Assembly: GCA_951406725.2 (NCBI GenBank)
Contig: OX597820.1
Span: 102,052,001-102,116,000 of the forward strand
Length of the DNA stretch: 64,000 bases
Direction: 5' to 3'
Source: Octopus vulgaris
Taxonomy: Eukaryota
This document shows, in pieces, positions 63,213-64,000 of this stretch; position 1 is the stretch's first letter; every line of letters starts with the position of its first letter. Position numbers and translations under genes: made by a program. Under the pieces are notes generated by a model. That model searched no databases. It saw only the letters and a program-made list of their open reading frames with translations, and had not been told where the DNA came from.

Positions 63213-64000
63213 TTAAATTATATCTAAAAGGGGGCATTGATTAGCAAACCTTTACTCATCAACTCAATAGTGTATCGTTTTTGTCTTTTCTACTGTACTT
63301 GTACAAATTCTTGTTCTGAACAAGCAAAAAAAAAAAAAAACTATTAAAACCAGTCTATATAAGTCTATATAGATTCAGTCCTTCTTTTGGAAGGACTTTA
63401 TCTCTCTAGAACTCTTTTCTAGTCCCCTGAGAAAACTAGCCACACTACAGCCTCGTCATTATATCATTTTAGGAAACCACAACCAGTAAATGGAATCTAG
63501 TTGTCACTAAACCAGGAATTGGACTTTTACAACTAAATTAGACTGATAGAAAACTCTCTAAGACTATGCAACATACTATAAATAGCAGCCAAATATCACT
63601 CAATAATTTAAAAAACTCAAAATCCTCCTTGAAATGAAGATCCTACTCCACATTTTCCAAAGAGGTGAAATGCCATTGTCGACCTCTTGCTAAATATAGA
63701 ATGCAGAAGATGGATGAGCTTAAATAATGTGTGTCATTTTGTCTTGTACTTTTGATATTTTTAACAAATTATTGTCCTAATAATGTTTTCCATAATAATT
63801 TCTTTTGTCTAAGAAAAATGCCAATATTTCTTGAAGAGGGAGACACTAACTTAAATCTGATGAAGGCAAACAGGAAGCAACATTTCTAAAAATCTCAGTC
63901 AATTAAAACATGAATTACACATGCAGCAACTGGATGTGGGGCTGGGGGATCAAGTGCTGTCTTACTAAACAGAGATAATTATTTAAAAATTATGGAATAG

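Overview
AT-rich eukaryotic non-coding DNA, most likely an octopus genome (inferred from the SINE/RTE families and microsatellite load). I see no confidently identifiable multi-exon host gene; most ORF-track entries are microsatellite or SINE read-throughs. The window is a dense transposon landscape. It holds a 5'-truncated RTE LINE pseudogene (11071-14057) and many of its 3' tails, CR1-like and BovB-like LINE ends, three tRNA-derived SINE families, non-autonomous Helitrons, hAT/mariner/piggyBac/pogo-type MITEs and Penelope-like (PLE) RT and C-terminal fragments. The most notable signal is a near-canonical type I hammerhead ribozyme (40764-40814, minus strand). Several fold-back palindromes carry decayed or partial hammerhead motifs, suggesting a PLE-linked system of self-cleaving, inverted-repeat-forming elements. 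A repeat-poor, CpG-richer block at about 6-10.7 kb may be a divergent promoter with two candidate first coding exons. All calls are by eye; repeat boundaries are approximate unless target-site duplications (TSDs) are given.
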